Virus record (IMG/VR): IMGVR_UViG_3300010151_007551 | Location: 1 to 64,000 of that record | DNA: 64,000 bases | Source of the DNA: a virus | Reading direction: 5' to 3' (one strand) | Shown: piece by piece, positions 11,201 to 20,645 of the stretch | How positions within the stretch are numbered: the stretch's first letter is position 1 | Layout of the letters: every line of letters starts with the position of its first letter | Notes under the pieces: generated by a model | Database searches by the model: none | What the model was told of the DNA's origin: nothing | Seen by the model: only the letters and a program-made list of their open reading frames with translations | Made by a program: the position numbers and the translations under genes

Positions 11201-12001
11201 TGTCTCGGGAACAGACATTGAATTTCTAGTTATATTAATCCAAGTATTTGTTGAAGACGTTCCAGACACGTCTTCTTTGAAAAATCTAACTTTGTGATTA
11301 TGATTTAACTCACTTAAATATATTCCGGCTGGTGAAACATGGGGATCGCTATATGTTGATCCCATTTCTAAATGATATCTTCCGGTTGGAAGAAGAGAAT
11401 GATCTACAGATATGAAAGCTAGTGAATTAAATAATTCGTTTGTATCAATTGGAAAGTTTTCAATATCAATAACCGTTTCATTCCAATTATTTAATAACAA
11501 CATATCATTATCTGAAACGTTTCCTAATGTAACATCGGTGTTTACAGCAGCTATTGTATTTCCCCTATGTGCAAATAAGATATACCTATCATCTAGAGGA
11601 GAGGTTTCTCCAATTCCTCTAACGAAAGGGCTTCCTATTTGATCTATTATATTTATGATAACTTGAGAAAGATCTGTTACCTGTGTCCATGTATCTGTTG
11701 CAGCGGCATATTGCCAGATTGCGCTACTATTTGTTTCTAAATAAAAATCACTATCTATTAGTCCTGGGAAAGTTTGACCATTTGGGTCATTCGTTCCAAC
11801 GAACCATTTGTTTCCTCTTTGTCCGGGAGAACCTGTGTTTCCCGCAGGTCCAGCAGATCCAGTTGGACCCGTATTTCCTGTTGCTCCCTGTTCACCGATA
11901 CCTAATTCTAACATCTTGTTAAAATTATAATTTATCTTATCAGTAAACATTGTTTGAGCATCAGCTGCGAACAATTCTTTTAAGTTTATAGTTACTGGCA
12001 T
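8231..12001 (-). CDS. Tail fibre/spike-like protein with short collagen segment and LVIVD-type beta-propeller repeats
   Basis: N-terminal D....KINYNF fibre-anchor motif, GEQGATGNTGPTGSAGPAG collagen, repeats such as DIDIKGKYIY, AIDITNPISP, DFDISGEEAY and DIKVEGEYIY, and a Gly/Thr-rich C-terminus. Confidence 0.75.
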   Translation of the reverse strand: MPVTINLKELFAADAQTMFTDKINYNFNKMLELGIGEQGATGNTGPTGSAGPAGNTGSPGQRGNKWFVGTNDPNGQTFPGLIDSDFYLETNSSAIWQYAAATDTWTQVTDLSQVIINIIDQIGSPFVRGIGETSPLDDRYILFAHRGNTIAAVNTDVTLGNVSDNDMLLLNNWNETVIDIENFPIDTNELFNSLAFISVDHSLLPTGRYHLEMGSTYSDPHVSPAGIYLSELNHNHKVRFFKEDVSGTSSTNTWINITRNSMSVPETVAISNIDQNAQYEFITPRFSTSTAIQQANVTLKIGGRFALEEYFPTPTTMVDGILITDGFIATQFGVLDDFDSSNNIPSSLYSATHIAAISVNNAPLYIDNTLMFDDNIFQSHGDYYQIPNSDLEIVGNDEQILYGFLTANQFRTGIASNGTYTVAIAGNPEYNSVPPAAANGAISTTPGGIIILDLQSSYQNGQQVILNADTFSHSRYEITANQGTDNHGQLINGRYAKNTIAFGYNAFPATYIRDIDIKGKYIYCLHARCRNDAIPPIFQGDEASSLTVLEIDSNINGVQMVGNLDLSGGAFEDYFVSSYRLMVSGKWAFAMEYDNTPRSVQGPKLAAIDITNPISPTFHPLQSPGTIISPLENMQSLGGDIYLLDFDISGEEAYVLSFDSEVAGVVNDFRLSVNSIDIHDPIGTGMAFMDVYLTGIQDPSDGKLLTQGTDATLASRKRGGISVSGNIMAIGWANIVLLFYRQLSGTFMVGLTPGFNWQPMPNGPGYGGFDMLAHISGTPSEYQILDIKVEGEYIYVLATYNDTNRGSLSVLRYNTSSGVEFINETTHNEDVWMYPNRMDITGEYINVTTVNSTRGGIITFKKNSVDVSSMTSGSIKTSGLTVLDNANFGNNVNIGNSVNIGSGGLYIDKGQGISCDGPIQINISQKDPLNQLMMYPGSSTNLTMIADIDDNIGGYNLIQSRAQSINVQSAMHRVVRNADSTFNGNMFVDHILEIGTNNFGQYCLRGRHGFIATTTATGDAFVDHMTFGSPAIFAESLFQCDDFTGYHLDLQSNTTVLGDAMGHWIRIWGNTGGSRYGIKMDLTAGATGGTKHGFHIEGDEENHLDGSLNVEDGISIASDNKKIREIHGAIGFTYNTANPGGPAPFGASHAITNMNDWTSAPGMTATAGDMDTAFYVTGGGFITVSLPGAAWNPLKTVVTASPRYALAGGGDAEAFNYTIAPTPGVNAVTFYLRRNTALPAITVGQISFQFSIIEQA

Positions 12002-12003
12002 AT

Positions 12004-15000
12004 CTAAATAAATTTAATTTTTATTTTTGGACTTACTAACATTCCACTCTTTCTAATCTTTCTAAAGTTAAATTCTAGTATTAGTCTCTTGAATTTATTT
12101 ATTTCTAAATTTTTGTTAATCGAATAACTTTGCTCGAACCTCTCTTTGTCTGTTAAAAATCTAAATTCTATTGAGTTTAAATTAATTGGATTTTCAAGGT
12201 TTGAAATAAGTTCTCTATCTAATTTAGAATAAAATTGTAAATCGTCTAATTCAAAAAGCTTTAATATATTTATTTTAATATATTCTTTAACATATGAATC
12301 TATACTATCATATGGTCCTAAATATATTTCTTCGTTAACTAGATATTCATTGAATTTTTGAGTTATTCCATCTTCCATTAAATATCTAGTTAATACATTA
12401 TTGATATTAATATATCCTTTTAAACTATCGCTTTCTTCTTTTGCTACTATTTCTATATTATCTAAATTAACCGTATCTAATGAAACGGTTTCATCTAATA
12501 ATATTATATCAAAATTTTCTAATTCTATAACTTCTGGAAGAATGATTAATTTTCCTATGAAAGAATCATCTTCTTCTATTCTAAGGGTTCCTGCGACAGG
12601 GCTATAATCTATCTTATTGGTGTATTTAAAATGAAAGCCATAGTCCCAATTGGAATCTAATAGAAAATAGTTTTCTTTTCCAATAGCTATTTCATTTATT
12701 AATTCATAAACTGGTTCAAATTGATCATTTGCCTCTAAGTCTAATATTTTAGTATCGGCTATCTTTATGTGAGCAAAGTCTTGTATTTCTCCAAATAAAT
12801 TAACATTTATATTAAATGATATATTTCCTAAATTAATATCAGATATATTATTGTCTACGAAAGAGTATTTAGAATTAAAAAACATTACGTCATTGAATAT
12901 TGGTTCATATTCTCCTCTATATCGATTTATGTCATATGTATTATCTAAGTCTGATTCATAATAATCATATCCTATAATATCTGAAAAGGAATAATTCGAA
13001 GGTTTATTTTCATCAGGTAGTGTAACCAACCCGGTCGTTTTAGTTATTGACTCAACACTTGGTATATCTAAATAATAATTTGGAGAACTAGACAAAACTG
13101 GACTTCCACTATTATCTAATGAATAGCTTAAATATTCAATTATTGGATTTAATTCATTCACGTATCTTTTAAACGTTGCAAATGAAATTTTCTCGAAAAG
13201 TTTTTCATAATATCCACCTCCACCGGTCATAACTTTAAAAATATAAAAGTTTAAAAATACACTAGATGGTATGAAACTCGGAAGACTACTTGAAAGGGCA
13301 CCGGTCTCATCAATTAACACATATGAATTATTTGTTTCTAAATTAACACTATTGTTTTGTATACTTACCATTCTACTTGTATGCTGTGGAATTATTCCAA
13401 TTGCTTCGTCAACGAAAAAATCAGTATTCGTAGTTAGGAACCGTGGCATTATGAACGTATTTGAATTTATTACATTAATTTCATCTTTTAAAGAAGAAGG
13501 ATAGTTAGTAAGAACCGGACTATCCATTTTTTCAATAGTCATTGTTACTGGATCAAAACCAGATGCACTTATATCTAATTTTGAACTAAGTTTTATATTA
13601 GAAAAATTATCTAATAAGTTATTATATTTCTTGTGTTTCATGGAATATAAAAACGCATATGTTGCATCTGAAATATCAAATCCGGAGATTGGATCTATTC
13701 CATAATTAACTTTATAATCTCCATTAATAGAATTATACATTTCTCCAAGTGTTCCTGAATCAGGGGTTAACAAAAAGTTATCATCTCCAGGCGCACCAGA
13801 TACTGAAAACTGAGGAGTAACAACTCCACCGTACTCGATACTGTTCATTGCATCTAGCGTTTTCCACACCTCGTCTACATTGTTTAGGTCATTTATTCTA
13901 ACTTCTATTAATAATAGTATAAATTTAAAATCTTTGTGTTCTATATACTTATAAGAAACAGGGGCATCTCCATTCTTATTAATATCTTCTTTTACAAAAC
14001 GCAACAGTGATGAAAACTTATAGTCTTCAAATCTATTTGAATTTGGATTAAAAATTGGTTTACCATCTGCTCCTATATCATTTGGATCTATTACATCTCT
14101 CACCATGCTTTTAAAACCCTTTATAAAAGTTTCAAACTCATTGGCTTGATTTTTATTAATTATAGAATATCTGGTTTGTGTTTCGCCAACCTCTTCTCCA
14201 TTTAACGTTGGAGTATATGTAAAGTAATTAACGAAATAATCTTTTTCTTCTAATAATTTTGTTAAGTCTAATGCTTCTTCAAAATAGCTATTATTTAATT
14301 TAATAGTTTGCTCTGTGTTTACATAGTCAAATGATGATTCTAAAAAATACCATTCGTGTGTAAAGTTAGATGGATTTTGGGTAGTGTCATCGTGACTAGG
14401 AGAGAAATTATTAAAACCAAACATTAATTCAGTATTAAGTCTATAAGGATTATTTCTAGAATCTCTACCATTTAAAAGAGACCACTTAGTTATGTATGGT
14501 ATCATTTTAGAAACTAACGCAAAATCCTTTGTATAATTTTCCTTATAAAAATCATATTCGGTGCTAGCTATTCCATTTAAATATCTTTGTTTCCTAGCGA
14601 ATGCTTCATCGGTTTCATCTGGAACAACTTTACTTGGATCTTTTAATAAAAAGAATCCTTCAAAATCTTTTAATTCTTCATTTTGATCATTGATTGGAAC
14701 AATAGAAGAGCCTATAGTTCCACTTAAATCTACGTTTTTAAATGAAACGACCGGATTTCCTGACTCTACAGAATATGACTTTTCAATATTTACTGTAAAG
14801 GTATTTCCGCTATTAACTACCATGCCTTCATAGACTATACTTCCTTGTCCATATACTTCATATATTTCTCCAGGAACTAATAGGTCTACATTTTCCGGTA
14901 TATAATAAAATTTATACAAATCATTTATAGGGAAATTAAGATATTCGCTATTATAGAAATTAAAATCAAAATCTCTAATCGGTAAAAATGATAAGAATCC

Positions 15001-17040
15001 AAAAGATGGATTATGTAATAAATTAATATTAAATTCTTTATATGTTATTTCTGGACGCTGATCTTCTTCTAATACAATAGCTATCTTATCGAAATAATCA
15101 TTTATACTAGATGATCTAGAAGATCCTGTTAAAGAATTAGCTTCATTAATAGTATCTACATAGTTTGATATTTTAATCACTTTAGACCATCCCTCTGTTG
15201 TTTTTACTAAGAGATTAGATATATTATTTTGTAATTTTGTTCTGTTTGTTGCATCAGCAATTAATCTATTTCCTCCATATTTAGATCCACCTGCAAATGT
15301 TAAAATGTTAGATATTAAATCACTTCCTGTGGTTTCCTTTATTTCAATATTATCATATATTCCTAAATCAGAAGAAAACTCAAATGCAAATTTATCATCA
15401 TGATCACCAGACGCAGCTACTTTTACAAAAACATATTGGTTCATTAATACGGTTTTGTATGATCTGTGAGATACCTCATTTAAACACCCATTTATTGCGC
15501 TTGCAATTTCTTCTATTTCTCCTGTTGCGTTGAAGTAAAAAGTATCACTTCCATTTACATCATTAAGATCATTAAAATAATAAAAGTCTCCTGGATTAGG
15601 AGCATTTGCATATCCAATTGTGGCAGTGAATTCGTCATATTTTCCATTAACATCATCTCTTGTTCCATTTGGATGATAAAATTTAATAACGTCTAAATTA
15701 TTTAATTCAGATAAAATTTTAATATATCCATTAGAATGTCCTTTATTATTGCTTACGAATCCATCATCTTGCATAAAGGTTATTCCGGGACCTATAAATT
15801 TTCCAAGATCTATTTCAGTATTGGATAGGTTTATTATTCCAGTATCTAATTCAGTTCCCAGTGAATCTATGTCTGGAATAACCGGGAGGTCTCCAAGATT
15901 AAAAGAATATAATTTATTGTCCCTATCTGTGATATAATTCATGTAAAAATTATCCTTGTCATCAAAGCTTGATTCAAATTCTGACATAGTCAAAGAAGTA
16001 TCTCTATATGGATATTCTACACCAAGTGTATTTTCTTGTTCTATTATTATATCTTCGTTTTCTTTTATTTCTCTCCTAAAGGACGGAGTATTTTGCCAAG
16101 TTTTTCTTTGAATATAGGGTCTTTCAATATCTGTTTTTAATTTTTCTAATTCAATGGTGTTTACATAAAAACCAACATATCTATTGAAATCATATATCTC
16201 AGATGTGTCATCGTTAAATATAAATTCCATATTAAATATGTTAGGATATATTATTCCATTTCTTTCAAATCCATTTGTAATGTTTTGTTCAAAATGTTTA
16301 AGCGGACTCGACCTTGAATAAAAATCATCTAATATTTCACTGCGGCTACCAAATGCACCGGAGTCCATTAATATACCGTTGAATTGCGTAAATGCGTCTT
16401 CTTGAAAATCAACTGTTAATGGAGATATTGGAAAATTAGGATCCGATAAATATTTTCTTAAGTATAAGCCAACTTTAGTAGATTCTCTTAGATCAAATGT
16501 TTTAATTATTGTTGAATTTCTAAACATATCCTTCATAAATGTTTCTTTATCATATGGATAATTTGAAACAGAAACATCTATTTTGTAATTCATTGGGTCC
16601 TTTACTTTAAATATAACAAAGTAATCAGGTAAGCTCTTTTTTAAATATAGTGGTGCAAAATAAGATAATCTTTCTTCATATTCTTTAGATGGTAAATATC
16701 TAGCTCCAGAAAAATAATGAGAAAAATCAAACTGATCTTTATAGTCTTTAGACGTTGTGGTTTTACTAACGTGTTCTCTATATGCAAATGCTAATTCGGA
16801 AGGAGTTTTACCAGAATCAAAAAACCTAAATATATTAGTTGGGTGATTTAAATTAACGTCTATTGGAAATTTCTTATAAATGTCATTTGTTAAATTAGAA
16901 ATAACATCAATAGAATTTAACCACATATTTCCAGCTTCATTAACAGTGAACTTAATATTCGACGTTAATTTAGGATTAGTTCTAACTAATTGGAAACTTG
17001 AACTGTCTTGTAATATTTTTTTATATTCTAAGTCTTTCAT
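12004..17040 (-). CDS. Large virion structural protein (baseplate-type), 1678 aa
   Basis: Long N/D/F/Y-rich ORF tightly packed in the structural block; no enzymatic motifs recognised. Confidence 0.6.
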   Translation of the reverse strand: MKDLEYKKILQDSSSFQLVRTNPKLTSNIKFTVNEAGNMWLNSIDVISNLTNDIYKKFPIDVNLNHPTNIFRFFDSGKTPSELAFAYREHVSKTTTSKDYKDQFDFSHYFSGARYLPSKEYEERLSYFAPLYLKKSLPDYFVIFKVKDPMNYKIDVSVSNYPYDKETFMKDMFRNSTIIKTFDLRESTKVGLYLRKYLSDPNFPISPLTVDFQEDAFTQFNGILMDSGAFGSRSEILDDFYSRSSPLKHFEQNITNGFERNGIIYPNIFNMEFIFNDDTSEIYDFNRYVGFYVNTIELEKLKTDIERPYIQRKTWQNTPSFRREIKENEDIIIEQENTLGVEYPYRDTSLTMSEFESSFDDKDNFYMNYITDRDNKLYSFNLGDLPVIPDIDSLGTELDTGIINLSNTEIDLGKFIGPGITFMQDDGFVSNNKGHSNGYIKILSELNNLDVIKFYHPNGTRDDVNGKYDEFTATIGYANAPNPGDFYYFNDLNDVNGSDTFYFNATGEIEEIASAINGCLNEVSHRSYKTVLMNQYVFVKVAASGDHDDKFAFEFSSDLGIYDNIEIKETTGSDLISNILTFAGGSKYGGNRLIADATNRTKLQNNISNLLVKTTEGWSKVIKISNYVDTINEANSLTGSSRSSSINDYFDKIAIVLEEDQRPEITYKEFNINLLHNPSFGFLSFLPIRDFDFNFYNSEYLNFPINDLYKFYYIPENVDLLVPGEIYEVYGQGSIVYEGMVVNSGNTFTVNIEKSYSVESGNPVVSFKNVDLSGTIGSSIVPINDQNEELKDFEGFFLLKDPSKVVPDETDEAFARKQRYLNGIASTEYDFYKENYTKDFALVSKMIPYITKWSLLNGRDSRNNPYRLNTELMFGFNNFSPSHDDTTQNPSNFTHEWYFLESSFDYVNTEQTIKLNNSYFEEALDLTKLLEEKDYFVNYFTYTPTLNGEEVGETQTRYSIINKNQANEFETFIKGFKSMVRDVIDPNDIGADGKPIFNPNSNRFEDYKFSSLLRFVKEDINKNGDAPVSYKYIEHKDFKFILLLIEVRINDLNNVDEVWKTLDAMNSIEYGGVVTPQFSVSGAPGDDNFLLTPDSGTLGEMYNSINGDYKVNYGIDPISGFDISDATYAFLYSMKHKKYNNLLDNFSNIKLSSKLDISASGFDPVTMTIEKMDSPVLTNYPSSLKDEINVINSNTFIMPRFLTTNTDFFVDEAIGIIPQHTSRMVSIQNNSVNLETNNSYVLIDETGALSSSLPSFIPSSVFLNFYIFKVMTGGGGYYEKLFEKISFATFKRYVNELNPIIEYLSYSLDNSGSPVLSSSPNYYLDIPSVESITKTTGLVTLPDENKPSNYSFSDIIGYDYYESDLDNTYDINRYRGEYEPIFNDVMFFNSKYSFVDNNISDINLGNISFNINVNLFGEIQDFAHIKIADTKILDLEANDQFEPVYELINEIAIGKENYFLLDSNWDYGFHFKYTNKIDYSPVAGTLRIEEDDSFIGKLIILPEVIELENFDIILLDETVSLDTVNLDNIEIVAKEESDSLKGYININNVLTRYLMEDGITQKFNEYLVNEEIYLGPYDSIDSYVKEYIKINILKLFELDDLQFYSKLDRELISNLENPINLNSIEFRFLTDKERFEQSYSINKNLEINKFKRLILEFNFRKIRKSGMLVSPKIKIKFI

Positions 17041-17047
17041 CTAAGTG

Positions 17048-20000
17048 TTAAAATGTTACACTAGTTAGACCACTTGAAGGAACAATCGGTGCATCTAAAC
17101 TAGTTACTTTTTTATATCTACAACTTAATTGTAAATCAAAAGAAAAAGGAACGTCATTTTTAATATACAAATCGATTCCTATTTTCTTTGTATATTTTAT
17201 ATTGGTTAAAGACTCATTAAGTCTATATCCTCCTACGTTTTCTAGTTTGTCTGAACACCTAAATTGAAATAATATAGGAATATTAATAGAATTCTCAGAT
17301 CCATATTGAACAACTTTAGCTGAAGTTAAAGGATTGTTTCCTTCAACTGAAATAACACTATAATTCAAAGGAAACGGATAAAGATATGCTCCGCATGTAT
17401 ATTTACCCACTAAATATTCATCTTCTGGTGTAAACCCTAATTTTATAGGATAGTTTTCATCTGTTCTAGCCGTCTGAGCGACTCCGCCTGGATTTGTTGC
17501 GGTTACCCGCGCTGCCTGTTCTAAATAATTTACATTAAATATATTCGTTAGCTCATTTTCAGATGTTTCAAAATGTAAACCTTGCGCAAAAGGAAGTTGT
17601 TCTTGAGTAGCAGTTGTTAAAATAGTTACTCCTCCATCAAACACCGGTCTAAAAGTATCTTCTAAATTAGTACCAGCCGATATGTTAAATGAATTACCCA
17701 GGGTTAATAGAGACGGGTGATCTTTATGTATACAAAATTGACTGAGATTTCCATTTCCTATTGGATCTCCCGTTAGATTTGTTGTTCCAACCCAAACGTC
17801 TGCGTCTGTTGTAGTAGAAACAGCGGCAGCTGATATTGTAGGATCAAATGGTAAAAAATGACCCCAATTATACGGAACAGTATCTGCTCCTATAACTTGA
17901 CCATTATATGAATATGCAGCAACTAGTCCATAATTAGATCCACTTGTCCCATTGATTGGATCAAATTCATATAAATTTTGACCGAATCCAAAGTTTTTAT
18001 ATCTTGAATATGTATATTGACTTTTAACTTGTCCTGATTGTAAACTAGGCGGCTCTTTAAATTCTCCTATTTGGGAGCTTGCAATTTCTGTTATTCCTAA
18101 AGGAACAATATCATATCTTCTATTGACGTGATAGTCTTCCGTTGGAAAGGCACTAGGATTAGAAGTTGGTGCAAGTATATCAATTCCTCCATATAGTGTT
18201 GAAAATAATTCAAGAGCAGTTTGCGAAGTATTTTCTATATTCATTATATATTGTCTAGTAACTATTCTACCATGATTATACACCACCGTTCCACTAGTAG
18301 TATCTTTTATTAAATCTCTATAGAATCCGCCAAATACTTCTAGCGTTTGACCATTGTTTACTTCTAAAGTGTTTCCATCTGGATCAATCATAGTTACTTT
18401 AATAACGCCTTTTGCTAATTCTATAGACTGCTGTAGGGATTGAATAGAAGATTCTATTGATTTTAATTTTTCATATAAATCAACTACATTTCCTTCTGTT
18501 GTAAAAAATCCACTTGATATATTTGATGCAACGTGTGCAAAAAACCTATCGCCGGTTGTAAATTGACTATCTAAATGTAGATCTAATCCTTTAGCATTTA
18601 ATTCTTCTTCAAATTGAATTCTAGATTCTTCAGCAAATACTTTTTGAGAAATAATAGTTCCTTCTTCAGCAGATTCAACATCTCGTGGGAATTCCACCTG
18701 TACTGATTCTGACCACGCCGATTCTGCTGGATTAGATGGCCATCCTGCTTCTGATAATGATTTTACTTGAACTTCAACTATTTCTCCTTTTCTTATTGAA
18801 ATCGCTAGCTGATTAGTATTAACTTCATCTGCATCTGAAACATTTTCAGTTGTCCATACATATAGTCCGGTATCTTCATCTAATGCCTTAACCCTAGGCT
18901 TAGTTTTAATTTCTTGCCATGGGGAAAACACTGCAAATTTCTTAGTTCCATCTTTTTCTATAAATTCACTTTGCGTAGCGTTTGGCGCAGTTCCCTTTTT
19001 ACTTAAATATCTATATCTATAAATAAACTGAACAACTTGTTGATCTCCATACGGTGAAGACTTGGCGGATGGAATTTCCCAAAAGCCTCTTACTTTATAT
19101 TTAGATGGAGTAACAAACTGTGGAGTAGATGCAACCGTTAATGTAATATCTTTTACTAGAGTTGATACTCTATCCTGTAATATTTTTCTTTTTTCTGTTT
19201 TTTCCTTTATAGATTTTTCAATCCTTTGTTTCTCGGCCTGTGTTTTAACCTTAGTTGTTATTTCTGCTTTAAGGTCTGTGATCTTTCTATCTATTTCTTT
19301 TTGTTGAGAAGACACATCTTCTTTTTCCTTTACTTTACTTTGTAAACCAATTACGTTTTCAGCTTCTTTAATATGTGCGTCTACTTGAACGACTTGAAAA
19401 TTAGCTGCATCTAATACGGGTGAATCTGGAGTCTGAGCAACAATAGCGGGTTTTTGTTGTTCCTTTGCCATGCTTAATAGTATCATTCCAAAATCTGCAA
19501 CAAAATTATTATAATAATCCTCTAATGAACTTTGACTATCATCATCTAGTTGCATTACTAATTCATTTGTATATACAGCAAATCCATTTGAATAACCATC
19601 GGTTGTTAAATTATTCTTTTTACTGATTGGTTTTACAAATATTATTTCTCTTTCATTAAAACCGACATTTACTTGTAATTCTGGAACACGATATATTACC
19701 GGTTTTATTTTAAGAATATCTGCTCCTATTGTTATTGGATCTATTCCAAATATTCTTTCTAATACGACTTCTGAGTTTGTAACGTTTACTGAAACAACTT
19801 CGTATTCTGAATCATCTTGAGTAATTAATCTATTGCCCTCTGCTAATATTTTTGAACCTTCACTGGAATCTAATACGTCATTATAAAACAATGTGCTCAA
19901 TTTATATCGTCTTCTAACTACGCTTAAATTGGTGTCATTTACTGTTTCAATTATTTCCTCTTCAAATATTCTTAATACATCGAAGTTTCCTCTATACCTA

Positions 20001-20641
20001 TTGATTCCTACCGGAAGTGCAACTATGTTATCGTCTTCTATATAGTCTATTCCTTTATCTTCTAATTCAGAAGTAATGTTATCTAATATGAGATTATTAT
20101 TTCCTTTATAATTATCATCGAAATATTCCAAGTCATCGTCTTCTATTGAATTAATTATTATTCTTTTTACAGCAAACTGGTCCATATCATCTGTTAATAT
20201 GGAGGTTAAATCTACACTGACAAATAATAGCGGATTTAAAAAGGATTCAAAAAACCAATTGTTCTTTATTCTAAAATCGTTTGGTACTTCAAATGACGTT
20301 GTTTCAACATCTTCTAAATCAGAAATAAGAGATGATACTTTTTGTAATTCAAATTTTCTAACGTCTCCGTTTTCAGATTTGATACCTATTACGTCATCAT
20401 TCGTATTAATTAATGTATTAAAGTTTTCATTTAGATCATCGATTTTTCCTTTTAAATATCCAAATGAAGGAACCGTTATGGAATATTGACTCCCATCGTC
20501 ATATGTTTGAGTAATATCTACATTGTCCGATTTCGATTCTAGCATAGTATTTAAACTATATAGAAACGAATTCATATTTTGTATATCAACCGCTAATCGT
20601 GTTAATAATTCTTCTAATGTATTTTGTGTCTTTAATCCCAT
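17048..20641 (-). CDS. Large virion structural protein with central coiled coil, 1197 aa
   Basis: In the structural block; K/E/Q-rich heptad region flanked by beta-rich segments. Confidence 0.6.
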   Translation of the reverse strand: MGLKTQNTLEELLTRLAVDIQNMNSFLYSLNTMLESKSDNVDITQTYDDGSQYSITVPSFGYLKGKIDDLNENFNTLINTNDDVIGIKSENGDVRKFELQKVSSLISDLEDVETTSFEVPNDFRIKNNWFFESFLNPLLFVSVDLTSILTDDMDQFAVKRIIINSIEDDDLEYFDDNYKGNNNLILDNITSELEDKGIDYIEDDNIVALPVGINRYRGNFDVLRIFEEEIIETVNDTNLSVVRRRYKLSTLFYNDVLDSSEGSKILAEGNRLITQDDSEYEVVSVNVTNSEVVLERIFGIDPITIGADILKIKPVIYRVPELQVNVGFNEREIIFVKPISKKNNLTTDGYSNGFAVYTNELVMQLDDDSQSSLEDYYNNFVADFGMILLSMAKEQQKPAIVAQTPDSPVLDAANFQVVQVDAHIKEAENVIGLQSKVKEKEDVSSQQKEIDRKITDLKAEITTKVKTQAEKQRIEKSIKEKTEKRKILQDRVSTLVKDITLTVASTPQFVTPSKYKVRGFWEIPSAKSSPYGDQQVVQFIYRYRYLSKKGTAPNATQSEFIEKDGTKKFAVFSPWQEIKTKPRVKALDEDTGLYVWTTENVSDADEVNTNQLAISIRKGEIVEVQVKSLSEAGWPSNPAESAWSESVQVEFPRDVESAEEGTIISQKVFAEESRIQFEEELNAKGLDLHLDSQFTTGDRFFAHVASNISSGFFTTEGNVVDLYEKLKSIESSIQSLQQSIELAKGVIKVTMIDPDGNTLEVNNGQTLEVFGGFYRDLIKDTTSGTVVYNHGRIVTRQYIMNIENTSQTALELFSTLYGGIDILAPTSNPSAFPTEDYHVNRRYDIVPLGITEIASSQIGEFKEPPSLQSGQVKSQYTYSRYKNFGFGQNLYEFDPINGTSGSNYGLVAAYSYNGQVIGADTVPYNWGHFLPFDPTISAAAVSTTTDADVWVGTTNLTGDPIGNGNLSQFCIHKDHPSLLTLGNSFNISAGTNLEDTFRPVFDGGVTILTTATQEQLPFAQGLHFETSENELTNIFNVNYLEQAARVTATNPGGVAQTARTDENYPIKLGFTPEDEYLVGKYTCGAYLYPFPLNYSVISVEGNNPLTSAKVVQYGSENSINIPILFQFRCSDKLENVGGYRLNESLTNIKYTKKIGIDLYIKNDVPFSFDLQLSCRYKKVTSLDAPIVPSSGLTSVTF

Positions 20642-20645
20642 TTCA